A stretch of DNA of 50,668 bases from Myxococcota bacterium. Its GTDB lineage: Bacteria > Myxococcota_A > Polyangia > Polyangiales > Sandaracinaceae. This document shows positions 1 through 9,379 of this stretch, in pieces. Where the stretch lies: NCBI GenBank assembly GCA_036149055.1, contig JAYZQJ010000023.1, positions 1 to 50,668 on the forward strand, in the 5' to 3' direction. The notes below the pieces were generated by a model. The model searched no databases. It saw only the letters and a program-made list of their open reading frames with translations, and was not told where the DNA came from. The translations under genes were made by a program, and so were the position numbers. Position 1 is the first letter of the stretch. The number at the start of each line of letters is the position of its first letter.

Positions 1-86
1 GCTGGCCGCCCGCTGCCGCGGGATCGAACGAGCGGGGTGGTGCGTGCGGCGACGACGCTTCGCTCGTCGCCTCCCGTGTTCCTGCG

Positions 87-500
87 CTCGGGCGCCCTCG
101 GGGACGATCCTATTCGGCGCTGGGGACGGCGTTCGGGGACGATCCTATTCGAATCATCGAACCCGGGCGCTGGGGGTCCGCCCTCGGGCGCCCTCGGGGA
201 CGATCCTATTCGAATCATCGAACTCGGTATCGGCGTCGGTCTCGGACTCGGCGTCGGCCTCGGACTCGGCGTCGGACTCGGACTCGGCGTCGGCTTCGGT
301 CTCGGACTCGGCGTCGGCTTCGGCGTCCGTCTCGGACTCGGCATCGGTCTCGGCGTCGGCATCGACGTCGGTCTCGGCCGAGCCCCCCAGGCTATTCCTC
401 CTCGCCTCCTTCCTCCCCTCTCCCCTCGATCTCGAAGACGACGAGCTCCTCACCGAACCCCTCTCCCCTCGATCCCGAAGACGACGAGCTCCTCACCGAA
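87..500. repeat. Composite non-coding repeat region
   Basis: TCGGGGACGATCCTATTCG at 98-116, 133-151 and 194-212. GGACTC/GGCGTC hexamer array at about 223-378. 43-bp tandem duplication at 415-457/458-500 with one mismatch. Confidence 0.9.
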
Positions 501-591
501 CGGGGGTTCTTGGCGAGGCGAGGTTGGTTTTTCGGGCTCGACGCCTGGCTTTTCGGGTGAAGGCTGGGCGGCCGTCACTCAGGGTGATGGC

Positions 592-2034
592 ATGGGAAGG
601 GCTCACGTCGTCGTCTGCGCGCTGCTCTCTGGCGCGTGTGGTTCCATCGAATACGGGAGCAGCGCGGAGCTGCCTCGGGCCGAGCGTCACGTGCTGGCGA
701 CGGCGGGGAGCTCGGTCTCGGTGACCATTCAGCTCTTCTATCAGGAGCTCGCGCCCTACGGAGAGTGGCGGGACCACGCGCGTCATGGGCGGGTGTTCGT
801 GCCTCACGATACGGACTATCGGCCCTACCGGAACGGGCACTGGGTGGAGACCGACGAGGGCGTGGAGTGGGTGAGCTACGACGCGATCGGGTGGGCGGTG
901 ACCCACTACGGCGCGTGGATCGTGCTCGACGACGGGCGCTGGGCCTGGGTCCCCGACACGGAGTGGGCGCCCGCGTGGGTGGAGTGGCGCTACTCGGACG
1001 AGCGCGAGGTGGTGGGCTGGGCGCCGCGGCTGGTCGAGGGCACGCCGCCGGTGACCGCCTGGATCTTCATCGACACGACGCTGCTGCTCGCCGACTTCGT
1101 CTCCAGCTACGCCTACCCCTACGAGACGGTCTCGATGTACTACGCGGACTGCGTGCCGTTCGCGGCCGCGCCGACGTCGTACGGGGGGCCGCCGCGCGCG
1201 TGGATGGGCCGCCGCGGGGTGCGGGGCTTCGGTCACCCGACCCGGGTGCGCGCGCGCGGGCCCGGGCGTCATCGGGTCCGGGCGCGTCCGCCGCGCGGGC
1301 CTCGGGTCGGCGCGCGCGCTCCGGGGCAGCCGGCCCGACCGGGCGCGGGCGTCGCGACGGTGCGGCCCCGTCGGCCTCGCGCGAGGGTGATCGCGCGGCG
1401 CCCGGGAGAGCCGCCGCGCCCGGGCGCGGGCGAGGCGACGGTGCGGCCCCACGGGACGGTGCGGGTGCACCGCGACGGGCTGCGCGAAGGCGACACCCAC
1501 GTCCGGCTCCCGCCGCGCACCGCGATCCGCCTCTCGCAGGGGCCGCGCCTCGAGCGACCGAGCGCAGTGCCCCCGAGCGCAGTGCCCCCGAGAGCCCAGC
1601 TGCCGCGCCGCGTGCAGGGGCCGACCCCGATTCCGTCGCCCACCGTCACCGCGCCGCCCTCGGTGGACCGGCCGGTGCCGCGAGCGCGGATCCCGGAGCG
1701 CGCGCCACGGCGGGTGGAGCGACCGGCGCCGACCATCGTGGCCCCCCGCCGCTTCGAGCGGCCGCCGCGCATGGCGACCCCGCCTCGGGTGACCCAGCCG
1801 TCGCCTCCGCCGCGGATCGCGATCCCTCAGGCGCGACCCCAGCCGCGACCGCAGCCGCGACCCCAGCCGCGGGTGCAGGCGCCGTCTCGACCGCGGGTGC
1901 AGGCGCCCTCCCGGCCGAGCGTGCAGCGCTCGAGCCCGCCCCGGGGGCAGCCCCAGCGCAGAGGCAGCAGCGGCCCCAGCCTCCGGCGCGCTCCGTCGTT
2001 CCGGAGCCCCGGGGTGCGCATTCGCCGACCGTGA
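592..2034 (+). CDS. DUF6600-like domain protein with long Pro/Arg-rich C-terminal tail, probable lipoprotein
   Basis: ATG 592 followed by a hydrophobic signal ending LSGAC. Trp/Tyr-rich block FYQELAPYGEW...YRPYRNGHWV...GWAVTHYGAW...WVPDTEWAPAWVEWR is typical of DUF6600. The upstream part of ORF 37.. reads through the repeat region. Confidence 0.75.
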   Translation: MGRAHVVVCALLSGACGSIEYGSSAELPRAERHVLATAGSSVSVTIQLFYQELAPYGEWRDHARHGRVFVPHDTDYRPYRNGHWVETDEGVEWVSYDAIGWAVTHYGAWIVLDDGRWAWVPDTEWAPAWVEWRYSDEREVVGWAPRLVEGTPPVTAWIFIDTTLLLADFVSSYAYPYETVSMYYADCVPFAAAPTSYGGPPRAWMGRRGVRGFGHPTRVRARGPGRHRVRARPPRGPRVGARAPGQPARPGAGVATVRPRRPRARVIARRPGEPPRPGAGEATVRPHGTVRVHRDGLREGDTHVRLPPRTAIRLSQGPRLERPSAVPPSAVPPRAQLPRRVQGPTPIPSPTVTAPPSVDRPVPRARIPERAPRRVERPAPTIVAPRRFERPPRMATPPRVTQPSPPPRIAIPQARPQPRPQPRPQPRVQAPSRPRVQAPSRPSVQRSSPPRGQPQRRGSSGPSLRRAPSFRSPGVRIRRP

Positions 2035-2136
2035 GAGCGGAAAGCGACTCTCACTGGAAATTCCTGCTCAAGGACGCCCCGGATCGATCCGACTCCCCTG
2101 GTGTCGGCGGGAAGCCGCAAGCAGTGGAGGTCGGGG

Positions 2137-2799
2137 ATGACCAGGGTCGGTGAAGAGCTCGTTCATGCACTCGAGGCGCTCGTGAAGGCGGAGGCGCCCA
2201 TGGAGCTGGAGCGCTCGTGGCGTCGCGCCGCGCAGCTGCTCGGGGAGGACGCGGCGGGGCTGCGCGCGGTGGTCGACGCGCTCGCCGAGAAGTCCATCCG
2301 CCTCTACGAGCTCGAGCGGCTCGCGACCGAGGACGTGCTCACCGGGGTGGCCAACCGGCGCTCCTTCGACGACGCCCTCCGGCGGGAGCTCGCGCGGCGG
2401 CGCCGCACCGGCGGCCCGGCGGTGATCCTGCTCGACCTCGACGGCCTGAAGGAGATCAACGATCGCTTCGGGCACGCGGCGGGCGACGAGGCGATCCGGG
2501 TGGCCGCGGCCGCCTGCCTCGACCAGGTGCGGGCCGGGGACATGGTCGGCCGCCTCGGCGGCGACGAGCTCGCGGTCCTGCTCCCCGACACCCACCGGGG
2601 CGGCGCGGAGATCGTGATGGAGCGGGTGCGCGAGGCCATCGAGCGCCAGACCGTGTGCGGCGTGCACCTCCGGGTCAGCGTCGGGCTCGCGGTCGCCGGC
2701 CCCGACGGGGACGACCGCGAGGAGGTCCTGCAGGCGGCGGACGAGCGCATGTACGCCGACAAGCGCGCGCGGAAGTCTCAGCTCCGGCTGGCCGCGTAG
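2137..2799 (+). CDS. Diguanylate cyclase (GGDEF domain)
   Basis: GGAGG RBS at 2126-2130 and ATG 2137. Motifs EDVLTGVANRR, LLDLDGLKEINDRFGHAAGD, I-site RAGD, GRLGGDEL and ADERMYADK. Confidence 0.92.
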   Translation: MTRVGEELVHALEALVKAEAPMELERSWRRAAQLLGEDAAGLRAVVDALAEKSIRLYELERLATEDVLTGVANRRSFDDALRRELARRRRTGGPAVILLDLDGLKEINDRFGHAAGDEAIRVAAAACLDQVRAGDMVGRLGGDELAVLLPDTHRGGAEIVMERVREAIERQTVCGVHLRVSVGLAVAGPDGDDREEVLQAADERMYADKRARKSQLRLAA

Positions 2800-4244
2800 A
2801 AGGCGACCAGGTCGGCGCGGAGCTTCTTCCGCGAGGGCTCGTGCAGGTACATCATGTGCCCCGACTCGTAGAAGGCCTCGCGCAGGTTGTCCTGGATCTG
2901 CGGCTCGCGGCCGAGGTGCCGCGCGGTGTGCATCGACGCAAAATAGGGCGTCGCCATGTCGTAGAGCCCGCTGCCGAAGAACACCCGGAGGTGCGGGTTG
3001 TGGACCATCGCCCGGCGGAGGTCGGCGGCGGCGTTGATGAAGCCGAAGCGCTTCTCGTCGTGCCACTTCCAGCCCTCGTTGACGCTGAAGCTCAGCACCT
3101 CGTAGCGCCGCTCCTCCTCGTAGCGCAGCTCGCGCCGGAGGTAGTCGTTGATCAGCGCCGCGTAGGCGCCGTAGGGGTAGTGGAGCGCCGGATCGCTCTC
3201 GCCCGGGTCGTCGTCGGCGTGGGCGAGGATGCCGGTGAAGCGCGCGTCGAGGCGGCCGACGATCCGGCCCTCGTCTCGCAACAGCTCGCGGCAGTAGCGT
3301 GAGAGATCGACGCGCAGGTCGTAGCGCAGCCAGATCTCTTCCCCGAGCCCGGTCCACGCCGCGAGCTGCTTCGCGAGCTCCCGCCGCCGCGCGTCGGGCA
3401 GCGACGCCCCGGCCAGCAGCGCCGGCGCGTAGACCTCGAGCGCGAAGGTCTCCACCTCCCGCAGGAACGCGCCGAGATCGGACGGCCGCTCGGCGAGCCG
3501 GCCGTGGTGCGCCGCGGTGACCGCGTAGCTCGGCAGGTAGAGCGCGTACGGCAGGTCGTTGCCGGTCTCGAAGACGATGGTCTGGAACATCAGGGCCGGC
3601 GAGATCAGCACGAGCCCGTTGATCATCAGCCCCTCGCGCGAGAGGTGCGCGGCGAGGGAGGCGGCGCGGGTGGTGCCGTAGCTCTCGCCGGCCAGGAAGC
3701 GCGGCGAGTTCCAGCGCGCGTGGCGGCTCAGGTAGCGGCGCACCATCTCGCCGACCGAGGCCACGTCCTCCTTCACGCCGTGGAACTCCTCGCTCTTGGC
3801 TTCGCCGAGCGGGCGGCTGTAGCCGGTGCCGACCGGGTCGACGAAGACGAGGTCGGTGACGTCGAGGATGCTCTCGGCGTTGTCGATCAGGCGGTGGGGC
3901 GGGGGAGGGCTCGGGGCCGCGTCGGGCACGTCGGCGCGGCGCGGCCCGAGGGCGCCGAGCTGCAGCCACACCGCCGACGAGCCCGGCCCGCCGTTGAAGG
4001 CGAAGGTGATCGGGCGCTCGGCCGGGTCGACCCCCTCGCGCTCGTAGGCGACGTAGAAGATCTCCGCCCGCGGCTCGTCGTCGTCGCCGCGCAGGAACAG
4101 CGTGCCCGCGGTCGCCCGGTAGGGGATCGTCTCGCCCGCGATCGTCACCTCGTGGCGCGTGACCGCGCTGCGCTCCGACGGGGGGATCTTCGGCTTCGGC
4201 GCGTCCTCTGTCGGAGCGGCCTGGGTGGGCGAGTCGTCGGGCAT
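2778..4244 (-). CDS. Serine carboxypeptidase, peptidase S10 family
   Basis: FNGGPGSS, DPVGTGYS, catalytic GESYG and C-terminal YESGHMMY motifs. Confidence 0.92.
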   Translation of the reverse strand: MPDDSPTQAAPTEDAPKPKIPPSERSAVTRHEVTIAGETIPYRATAGTLFLRGDDDEPRAEIFYVAYEREGVDPAERPITFAFNGGPGSSAVWLQLGALGPRRADVPDAAPSPPPPHRLIDNAESILDVTDLVFVDPVGTGYSRPLGEAKSEEFHGVKEDVASVGEMVRRYLSRHARWNSPRFLAGESYGTTRAASLAAHLSREGLMINGLVLISPALMFQTIVFETGNDLPYALYLPSYAVTAAHHGRLAERPSDLGAFLREVETFALEVYAPALLAGASLPDARRRELAKQLAAWTGLGEEIWLRYDLRVDLSRYCRELLRDEGRIVGRLDARFTGILAHADDDPGESDPALHYPYGAYAALINDYLRRELRYEEERRYEVLSFSVNEGWKWHDEKRFGFINAAADLRRAMVHNPHLRVFFGSGLYDMATPYFASMHTARHLGREPQIQDNLREAFYESGHMMYLHEPSRKKLRADLVAFYAASRS

Positions 4245-4305
4245 GTTCGACGGGTACCGCGGCGCGGGACCGGACGGCAAGCGCGCCCTCGGCTACGCTG
4301 CCTCC

Positions 4306-5370
4306 GTGCGTCTCCGTCACGCGCTCTTGGCTTTCGCGCTCCCGCTCGCTCTCGCCGCCTGCAACGGCCGGCGCGTGGTCGGGCTCGTGGAGGACGCGGG
4401 GCGCAGCCGGATGGACGCCCCGATGCCGTCGGGCGAGATCTGTTACGACGGCTTCGACGACGACGGCGACGGGGTCATCGACGACGGCTGCCCGTGCACG
4501 GTCGGCGAGCGGCAGAGCTGCTGGCCCGGCACCGCGGCGCGCCGGCGGCTCGGGGCCTGCCGCGACGGCGTGCAGGTGTGCGAGCCCTTCGGGGAGTTCG
4601 AGGCGTTCGGCAGCTGCGAGGGCGCGGTCCTGCCGCAGCGCGAGATCCCGGACAACGGCGTCGACGAGGACTGCGACGGGCGCGACGGCGAGGCGACCTG
4701 CGTGGACGAGGAGACGGTCTGCGACGACGGCGTCGACGAGGACTGCGACGGCCGCGTCGACTGCGACGATCCGAGCTGCGCGATGTTCTCCGCCTGCCGC
4801 TCCGAGTGCGTCGCCGAGGCGGACGCGCGCTGCGACGACGCCATCGACAACGACTGCGACGGCGACGTCGACTGCCTCGACCGGGACTGCGAGTCGGCCG
4901 AGGCCTGCCGCTCGAGCTTCCCGGTGCCGGGGTGCACGCCCGAGTTCCCGTTCATCTTCGAGATCCGCTGCAGCGAGGGGCGCGACAACGACTGCGACGG
5001 CGACGTGGACTGCGACGACCGCGACTGCCGGCGCCCGGGGCTCTGCGGCTGCGAGTTCACCGAGAGCGTCTGCGGCGACCGGATGGACGGCGACTGCGAC
5101 GGCGACGTGGACTGCGCCGACGTCGACTGCCAGCGCTGCGAGCCGGGGACGCGGCGGTGGTGCAACGAGTCGATGGAGGACGGCTGGGGCCGCCAGACCT
5201 GCGGCGACGACGAGCGCTGGGGCGGGTGCATCGCCACCTTCGAGTCCCCGTCGGGCTGCGGCGGCTCGGTCTACAGCGCGTCCTGCTGCGAGCGGTCCGG
5301 CGACTGCTGCCAGAACCACCCGAGCGACGACTCCTCGGTCGGCGAGGCCTGCCGCGTCACCTGCCGTTGA
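4306..5370 (+). CDS. Cys/Asp-rich lipoprotein with repeated D-x-D-C-D-G putative metal-binding motifs (MopE-like/myxobacterial repeats)
   Basis: GTG start, lipobox LAAC, repeated DNGVDEDCDG / DNDCDGDVDC units. Confidence 0.8.
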   Translation: MRLRHALLAFALPLALAACNGRRVVGLVEDAGRSRMDAPMPSGEICYDGFDDDGDGVIDDGCPCTVGERQSCWPGTAARRRLGACRDGVQVCEPFGEFEAFGSCEGAVLPQREIPDNGVDEDCDGRDGEATCVDEETVCDDGVDEDCDGRVDCDDPSCAMFSACRSECVAEADARCDDAIDNDCDGDVDCLDRDCESAEACRSSFPVPGCTPEFPFIFEIRCSEGRDNDCDGDVDCDDRDCRRPGLCGCEFTESVCGDRMDGDCDGDVDCADVDCQRCEPGTRRWCNESMEDGWGRQTCGDDERWGGCIATFESPSGCGGSVYSASCCERSGDCCQNHPSDDSSVGEACRVTCR

Positions 5371-5824
5371 GCTCGAACAGCCGGCGCAGCGCGGGGATGT
5401 CGGTGGCCGCCGCCCAGGCCCGCGGCGTCTCCCCGCCCGCGCCCGGTGAGTCGGGGTTCGCTCCGTATTCGAGCAGCTTCTCCACGATGCTCAGGTCGAG
5501 CCGGCCCTCCTGGTCGTAGAAGGCGGCGGCGGCGTCGATCGCGAGCTGGAGCACGGTGGTGCCGTCGTCCGAGCGCGCGTCCACGTCGGCGCCGAGCGCG
5601 AGCAGCGCCTCCACCGATGTCCGCTGATGGTGCTCCACCGCCACGTGGAGAGGGGTCCACCGCTGGTGACCCGGGATGTCGACGTCGACGCCGTGCTGCA
5701 CCAGCAGCTGCATCGCGCTCCGGTGCCCGGAGGCCGCCGCGAGGTGGAGCAGGCGCGCCCGCTCGCTGCGAGGCGCGTCCAGCGCCGAGATCCACGCCCC
5801 CGACTCGTCTGGCCACTCGCTCAT
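5357..5824 (-). CDS. Ankyrin repeat protein
   Basis: LLHLAAASGH, WTPLHVAV, GTTVLQLA, LLEYGANPD and GETP ankyrin consensus elements; ATG at 5824. Confidence 0.88.
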   Translation of the reverse strand: MSEWPDESGAWISALDAPRSERARLLHLAAASGHRSAMQLLVQHGVDVDIPGHQRWTPLHVAVEHHQRTSVEALLALGADVDARSDDGTTVLQLAIDAAAAFYDQEGRLDLSIVEKLLEYGANPDSPGAGGETPRAWAAATDIPALRRLFELNGR

Positions 5825-5880
5825 GACCTGGGGAGGTACGCACCGCCGCCGGGCGAACAACGGCGCCCCCCGAACGGCGT

Positions 5881-6801
5881 TCAACCGATGAGGGCGGCCT
5901 GCATCTCGGCGTGGGCCTGGCGCAGCTTCGGCCAGACCGCCTCGATCACGTCGCGGCTCAGGTCGCAGTACGAGGCCTCGCCGCGCTGGGTGAGCTCGTC
6001 CAGGTAGGCCTCGTCCAGCTCGGGCTGCGCGCGGAGCCGGTAGTCGATCTGGTCGGCGAGCCGGAGCAGCGCGACCGAGACGCCGATGTCGCCGCCCTCG
6101 GCGTAGGCGCGGCCGGGGCGGTGATGCCAGGCCACGGTCTTCACCACGTCGCGGTCGAAGCGCCAGCCGGCGAGCACGGTCGCGCCGAGGGCCGCGTGGT
6201 CGTAGCCGGTGCGGGCGCGCTCGATCCGGTGCACGCAGTCGGGCGTCTCGAGCACCCGCCGGGGGAGGTCGGCGTAGGACACCTCGCCCACCTGGAGCGC
6301 GGCCAGCTTGCCGAGGTCGTGCAGGAGCCCGCAGAGGAAGAGATCGCCGACGTGCTCCTGGCGCCAGGTGCGGCCGAGCACGCCGACCACCGCGGCCACC
6401 CCGGCCCCGTGCGCCCGGAGCCGCTCGGCCACCTCGCCCTCCGCCGGGAACATGCCGAAGGCCGAGATGCCGGCGACGATGGCCCGGACCTGGGCGTGGC
6501 CGAGCCGGAGCACCGCGTCGTCGATGCTCGCGACCGGGCGGCCGCGCGAGTACGCCACCGAGTTGGCCACCCGGAGCAGCCGGCTCGCGAGCGCCGCGTC
6601 CTGCTCGATGGGGCCGCGCAGGTCGCCGATGGTCGCGTGCGGGTCGGCGAGCAGGCCCATGACGTGCTGGGCCACCGCGGGGAAGACCTTGAGGCCCACC
6701 GCCTGCGCCGCCGCCGCGGCCACCGACTGCGCCGCGCGGCCCTCGACGGCGAGCAGGTCGTCGCCGAACCACGAGGCCTCCACCGAGCTCATCGAGCGCA
6801 T
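5881..6801 (-). CDS. Stand-alone HDOD domain protein
   Basis: IEQDAALASRLLRVANSVAY, SIDDAVLRLG, GLLHDLGKL, DHAALGATVLAGWRF and WHH motifs. Start could be 6792. Confidence 0.9.
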   Translation of the reverse strand: MRSMSSVEASWFGDDLLAVEGRAAQSVAAAAAQAVGLKVFPAVAQHVMGLLADPHATIGDLRGPIEQDAALASRLLRVANSVAYSRGRPVASIDDAVLRLGHAQVRAIVAGISAFGMFPAEGEVAERLRAHGAGVAAVVGVLGRTWRQEHVGDLFLCGLLHDLGKLAALQVGEVSYADLPRRVLETPDCVHRIERARTGYDHAALGATVLAGWRFDRDVVKTVAWHHRPGRAYAEGGDIGVSVALLRLADQIDYRLRAQPELDEAYLDELTQRGEASYCDLSRDVIEAVWPKLRQAHAEMQAALIG

Positions 6802-6827
6802 CGCCCGATCGGAACGGGCGCGGGGCG

Positions 6828-7379
6828 CTAGTCTTGAGCCCCCTCGAGCGTGAAGCGCACCACCTCGACCTCGCCCTCCGGCACCTCGCGGTTGAAGACG
6901 CCGAGCGTGCGGCCGACCGCGCTGACGCTCACGCTGGCGGTGACCGGATCCTCGCCGCCGCAGCCGTCCCGGTGACGCAGGCGCACCACGTACTCGCCGG
7001 CGGCCGGGCTCGCGAGGGTGCGGCGCTCGAGGTGGCGGGCCGGCTCCTCGCACGCGCCGCGCGCGTCGGTGGAGGCGCCGCCCGAGGCCGGGCCCTCGAG
7101 CACGAGGTCGAGGTCGGCCGCGCCGCTCCAGGCGACCGCCACCTGCACCGCGTCGGCCGGCACGCCCTCGCAGCCCTCGTCGATGCGGCCGTCGCAGTCG
7201 GAGTCGAGCGCGTCGCAGGCCTCGTCCGCGCCCTCCGCGCAGGCGCTCGCCATCGCCGTCACTCCGTCGGCGAGCCGCGGCTCCCCGGCGCTCAGCGCGA
7301 TCGGCGCCCCGGTCGAGGGCGGGGCTTCGGCGCCGCCGCAGGCGGTGAGGAGGAGCGCGACGAGGGCGGAGGTACGCAT
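6828..7379 (-). CDS. Lipoprotein with one D-x-D-C-D-G motif and a YfaP/DUF2135-like beta domain
   Basis: Lipobox LTAC; EACDALDSDCDGRIDEGC; VQVAVAWSGAADLDLVLEGP...GEYVVRL. Confidence 0.7.
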   Translation of the reverse strand: MRTSALVALLLTACGGAEAPPSTGAPIALSAGEPRLADGVTAMASACAEGADEACDALDSDCDGRIDEGCEGVPADAVQVAVAWSGAADLDLVLEGPASGGASTDARGACEEPARHLERRTLASPAAGEYVVRLRHRDGCGGEDPVTASVSVSAVGRTLGVFNREVPEGEVEVVRFTLEGAQD

Positions 7380-7454
7380 GGCTCTGGCCATACCCCGCCC
7401 CGACCGACCTCGCCAAGGCTCAAGCCTGGCGCGCGTCGGCCGTTCTCCTGCGCG

Positions 7455-8174
7455 ATGCGTCTCGCGCCCCTCACGCTCCTGGCCCTCGCCCTCGTCGCCG
7501 CCCCGGCCGCGGCCCAGGGCGCGCCGTCGCCGGCCGACGAGGCCGAGGTCGGCGGCGAGGCGTCGGCGACGCCCGAGCTCTCGGCGGCCCGGGCCCAGGC
7601 GCCCGATCGCGACGCCGAGGCCCGCCGCTACTTCTTCGACGGGCGCAACGCGTGGGACGCCGCCCGCTACGCCGACGCGCTCGAGCTCTGGAACCGCGCC
7701 TACGCGCTCTCGCCGCGGCCGATCCTGCTGATCAACATCGGCAACGCCTGGCTCCGGCTCGACCGTCGCGGCGAGGCGGCGAGCGCCTATCGACGTTTCC
7801 TGACCCTCGCGCCGGAGGACGCGCCGGAGCGGACCGAGGTCGAGACCTGGGTCGTGGCCCTCGAGGGCGCGCCCGATCTCTCGGTGGTCGCCGCCCCGGA
7901 GGCGCCGCGCTTCGAGCCGCTCGAGGGCCGCTTCTGGACCTGGGTGAGCCTCGGCGTCGCCGCGGTGACCGGCGGGTTCGCGGCCGGCTTCTACCTCGAC
8001 GCGGAGAGCCGCTACGGCGCGATGGCCTCGGGCTGCGGCGCGACCTCGGTGGGCTGCCTGCAGGCCGACATCGACTCGGTGGACCGCGGGGTGATCACCA
8101 GCCAGGTGCTCCTCGGCTTCGCGCTGACCGCGGCGGTGACGTCGGTGGTCCTCTACTTCCTCGAGGCGCCGTGA
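7455..8174 (+). CDS. Secreted TPR protein with C-terminal hydrophobic helices
   Basis: Signal peptide ending AAA-Q; TPR helices (ARRYFFDGRNAWDAARYADALELWNRAYAL...LINIGNAW); two hydrophobic segments at the C-terminus. Confidence 0.8.
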   Translation: MRLAPLTLLALALVAAPAAAQGAPSPADEAEVGGEASATPELSAARAQAPDRDAEARRYFFDGRNAWDAARYADALELWNRAYALSPRPILLINIGNAWLRLDRRGEAASAYRRFLTLAPEDAPERTEVETWVVALEGAPDLSVVAAPEAPRFEPLEGRFWTWVSLGVAAVTGGFAAGFYLDAESRYGAMASGCGATSVGCLQADIDSVDRGVITSQVLLGFALTAAVTSVVLYFLEAP

Positions 8175-8992
8175 GGGCGCTCGCGCTCTCGGCCGCGCTC
8201 CTCGCCGGCTGCTCCTTCGACCTCGGCGCGCTCCGCGGCGCGGACGCCTCGACCGGCGACCCCGGCCCGGTCCCGGACGCCGCCGCGCCGCCCGCGCCGA
8301 CGCCCGACGCGGGGCCGGCCATGGTCGTCGAGCCGATCGAGCCCGCGTGCGGGCTGCCCGGTCAGGACTGCTGCGACATCGCGCCGTCCTGCGAGCTGGG
8401 CGCGTGCCTGCGCGGCACCTGCAGCTCCTTCTCCGGCGCGGTGGCGCGCGGGGAGGGCTGCTCGGATCCCTGCGTGGCCCGCAACCCCTACACCGCCGGC
8501 TGCGGCTGCGCGCTCGGCTTCGAGACGCAGGCGCTCGGCGACCTGACCGGGGCCTGCGGTGACGGCCGCGCGACCACGGTCTCGCTCTCGTTCTGTGACG
8601 CCGGCGCCCGCTCGCTGCTCACCGAGTGGGGGGGAGCCCACCTCCGGGTCGCGGCGGGAGAGAGCTGCGGCGGCGGCTGCGTCGCGCCGCACCCCGAGAC
8701 GCTCGACTGCGTCTGCCCGGCGGGCACCGCGCCGCTCCCCTTCACCGTCGGCCGCCGCGGCCCCTGCGGCGAGGCGGCGGCCACCCTCACGCTCTGCGCC
8801 CCGCCCGAGATCGGCGGCGCCTTCGCCGGCGCCCATCAGGCCGACGCGGACGCGCCGGGCGGCTGCGCCGTCCCGAACCCCTTCACCGGCGCGTGCAGCT
8901 GCCCGGAGGAGAGCCACGCCCAGCGCGTCCCGCTCACCCGCCCGGGCGCGACCGGACCGGTGGCCGCGCCGCTCACGATCTGCGTGCGCTGA
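8171..8992 (+). CDS. Cys-rich lipoprotein with threefold internal repeat
   Basis: GTG start overlaps the upstream TGA (GTGA); lipobox LAGC; three (F/W)xGA...C..(N/H)PxTxxCxC units. Confidence 0.78.
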   Translation: MRALALSAALLAGCSFDLGALRGADASTGDPGPVPDAAAPPAPTPDAGPAMVVEPIEPACGLPGQDCCDIAPSCELGACLRGTCSSFSGAVARGEGCSDPCVARNPYTAGCGCALGFETQALGDLTGACGDGRATTVSLSFCDAGARSLLTEWGGAHLRVAAGESCGGGCVAPHPETLDCVCPAGTAPLPFTVGRRGPCGEAAATLTLCAPPEIGGAFAGAHQADADAPGGCAVPNPFTGACSCPEESHAQRVPLTRPGATGPVAAPLTICVR

Positions 8993-9377
8993 TCCGGGGC
9001 CGGTCGGCCCGCAGGTATCCTTGCCATCGGATGGCGCCGGCGCGGTCGACGAGGCGCCAGAGATGCGCGACGAAGGAGTCCACCTCGCGCTCGCCGCCGG
9101 CCACCAGCGTGACCTCCTCGCGCTCCCGTCCGTCGTAGCTGACCCAGCGGAGCGAGAGCGTCTCGTCGGTCTCGTTGACGAAGGTGACGCGGAGCGGCTC
9201 GCCGCCGTGCAGCGAGCGCCACGGGATGTCGGCCTCGGGCGGCAGCGCGCTCATCTCGGCGACCACCGAGGCGAGGGCGGCGCGGGCCCGCTCGAGCCGG
9301 GCGAGCGCCTCGTCGCGCTCCTGGGTCAGCGCTTCGACGTGGCGGGCCTGCGCCTCGGCGTCGTCGCGGTAGGGCAC
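8973..9377 (-). CDS. Coiled-coil plus VHL beta-domain protein
   Basis: GTG start just downstream of the glpD stop. RSLHGGEPLRVTFVNETDETLSLRWVSYDG...TLVAGGEREVDSFVAHLWRLVD matches the VHL beta-domain pattern. Confidence 0.75.
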   Translation of the reverse strand: MPYRDDAEAQARHVEALTQERDEALARLERARAALASVVAEMSALPPEADIPWRSLHGGEPLRVTFVNETDETLSLRWVSYDGREREEVTLVAGGEREVDSFVAHLWRLVDRAGAIRWQGYLRADRPRISARRS

Positions 9378-9379
9378 GG

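Noticed and set aside
98..212. Possible mini-CRISPR (19-bp word x3)
   Set aside because: Repeat is too short, spacing is irregular (35 and 61 bp) and the flanks are themselves duplicated.
37..591. GLGVG-repeat N-terminal extension of the first ORF, and ORFs 44..724 and 154..453
   Set aside because: Read-through of a hexamer DNA repeat; a proper signal peptide starts at ATG 592.
2055..2068. Sigma54 promoter upstream of the GGDEF gene (TGGAAATTCCTGCT)
   Set aside because: GG-to-GC spacing is 8, not the required 10.
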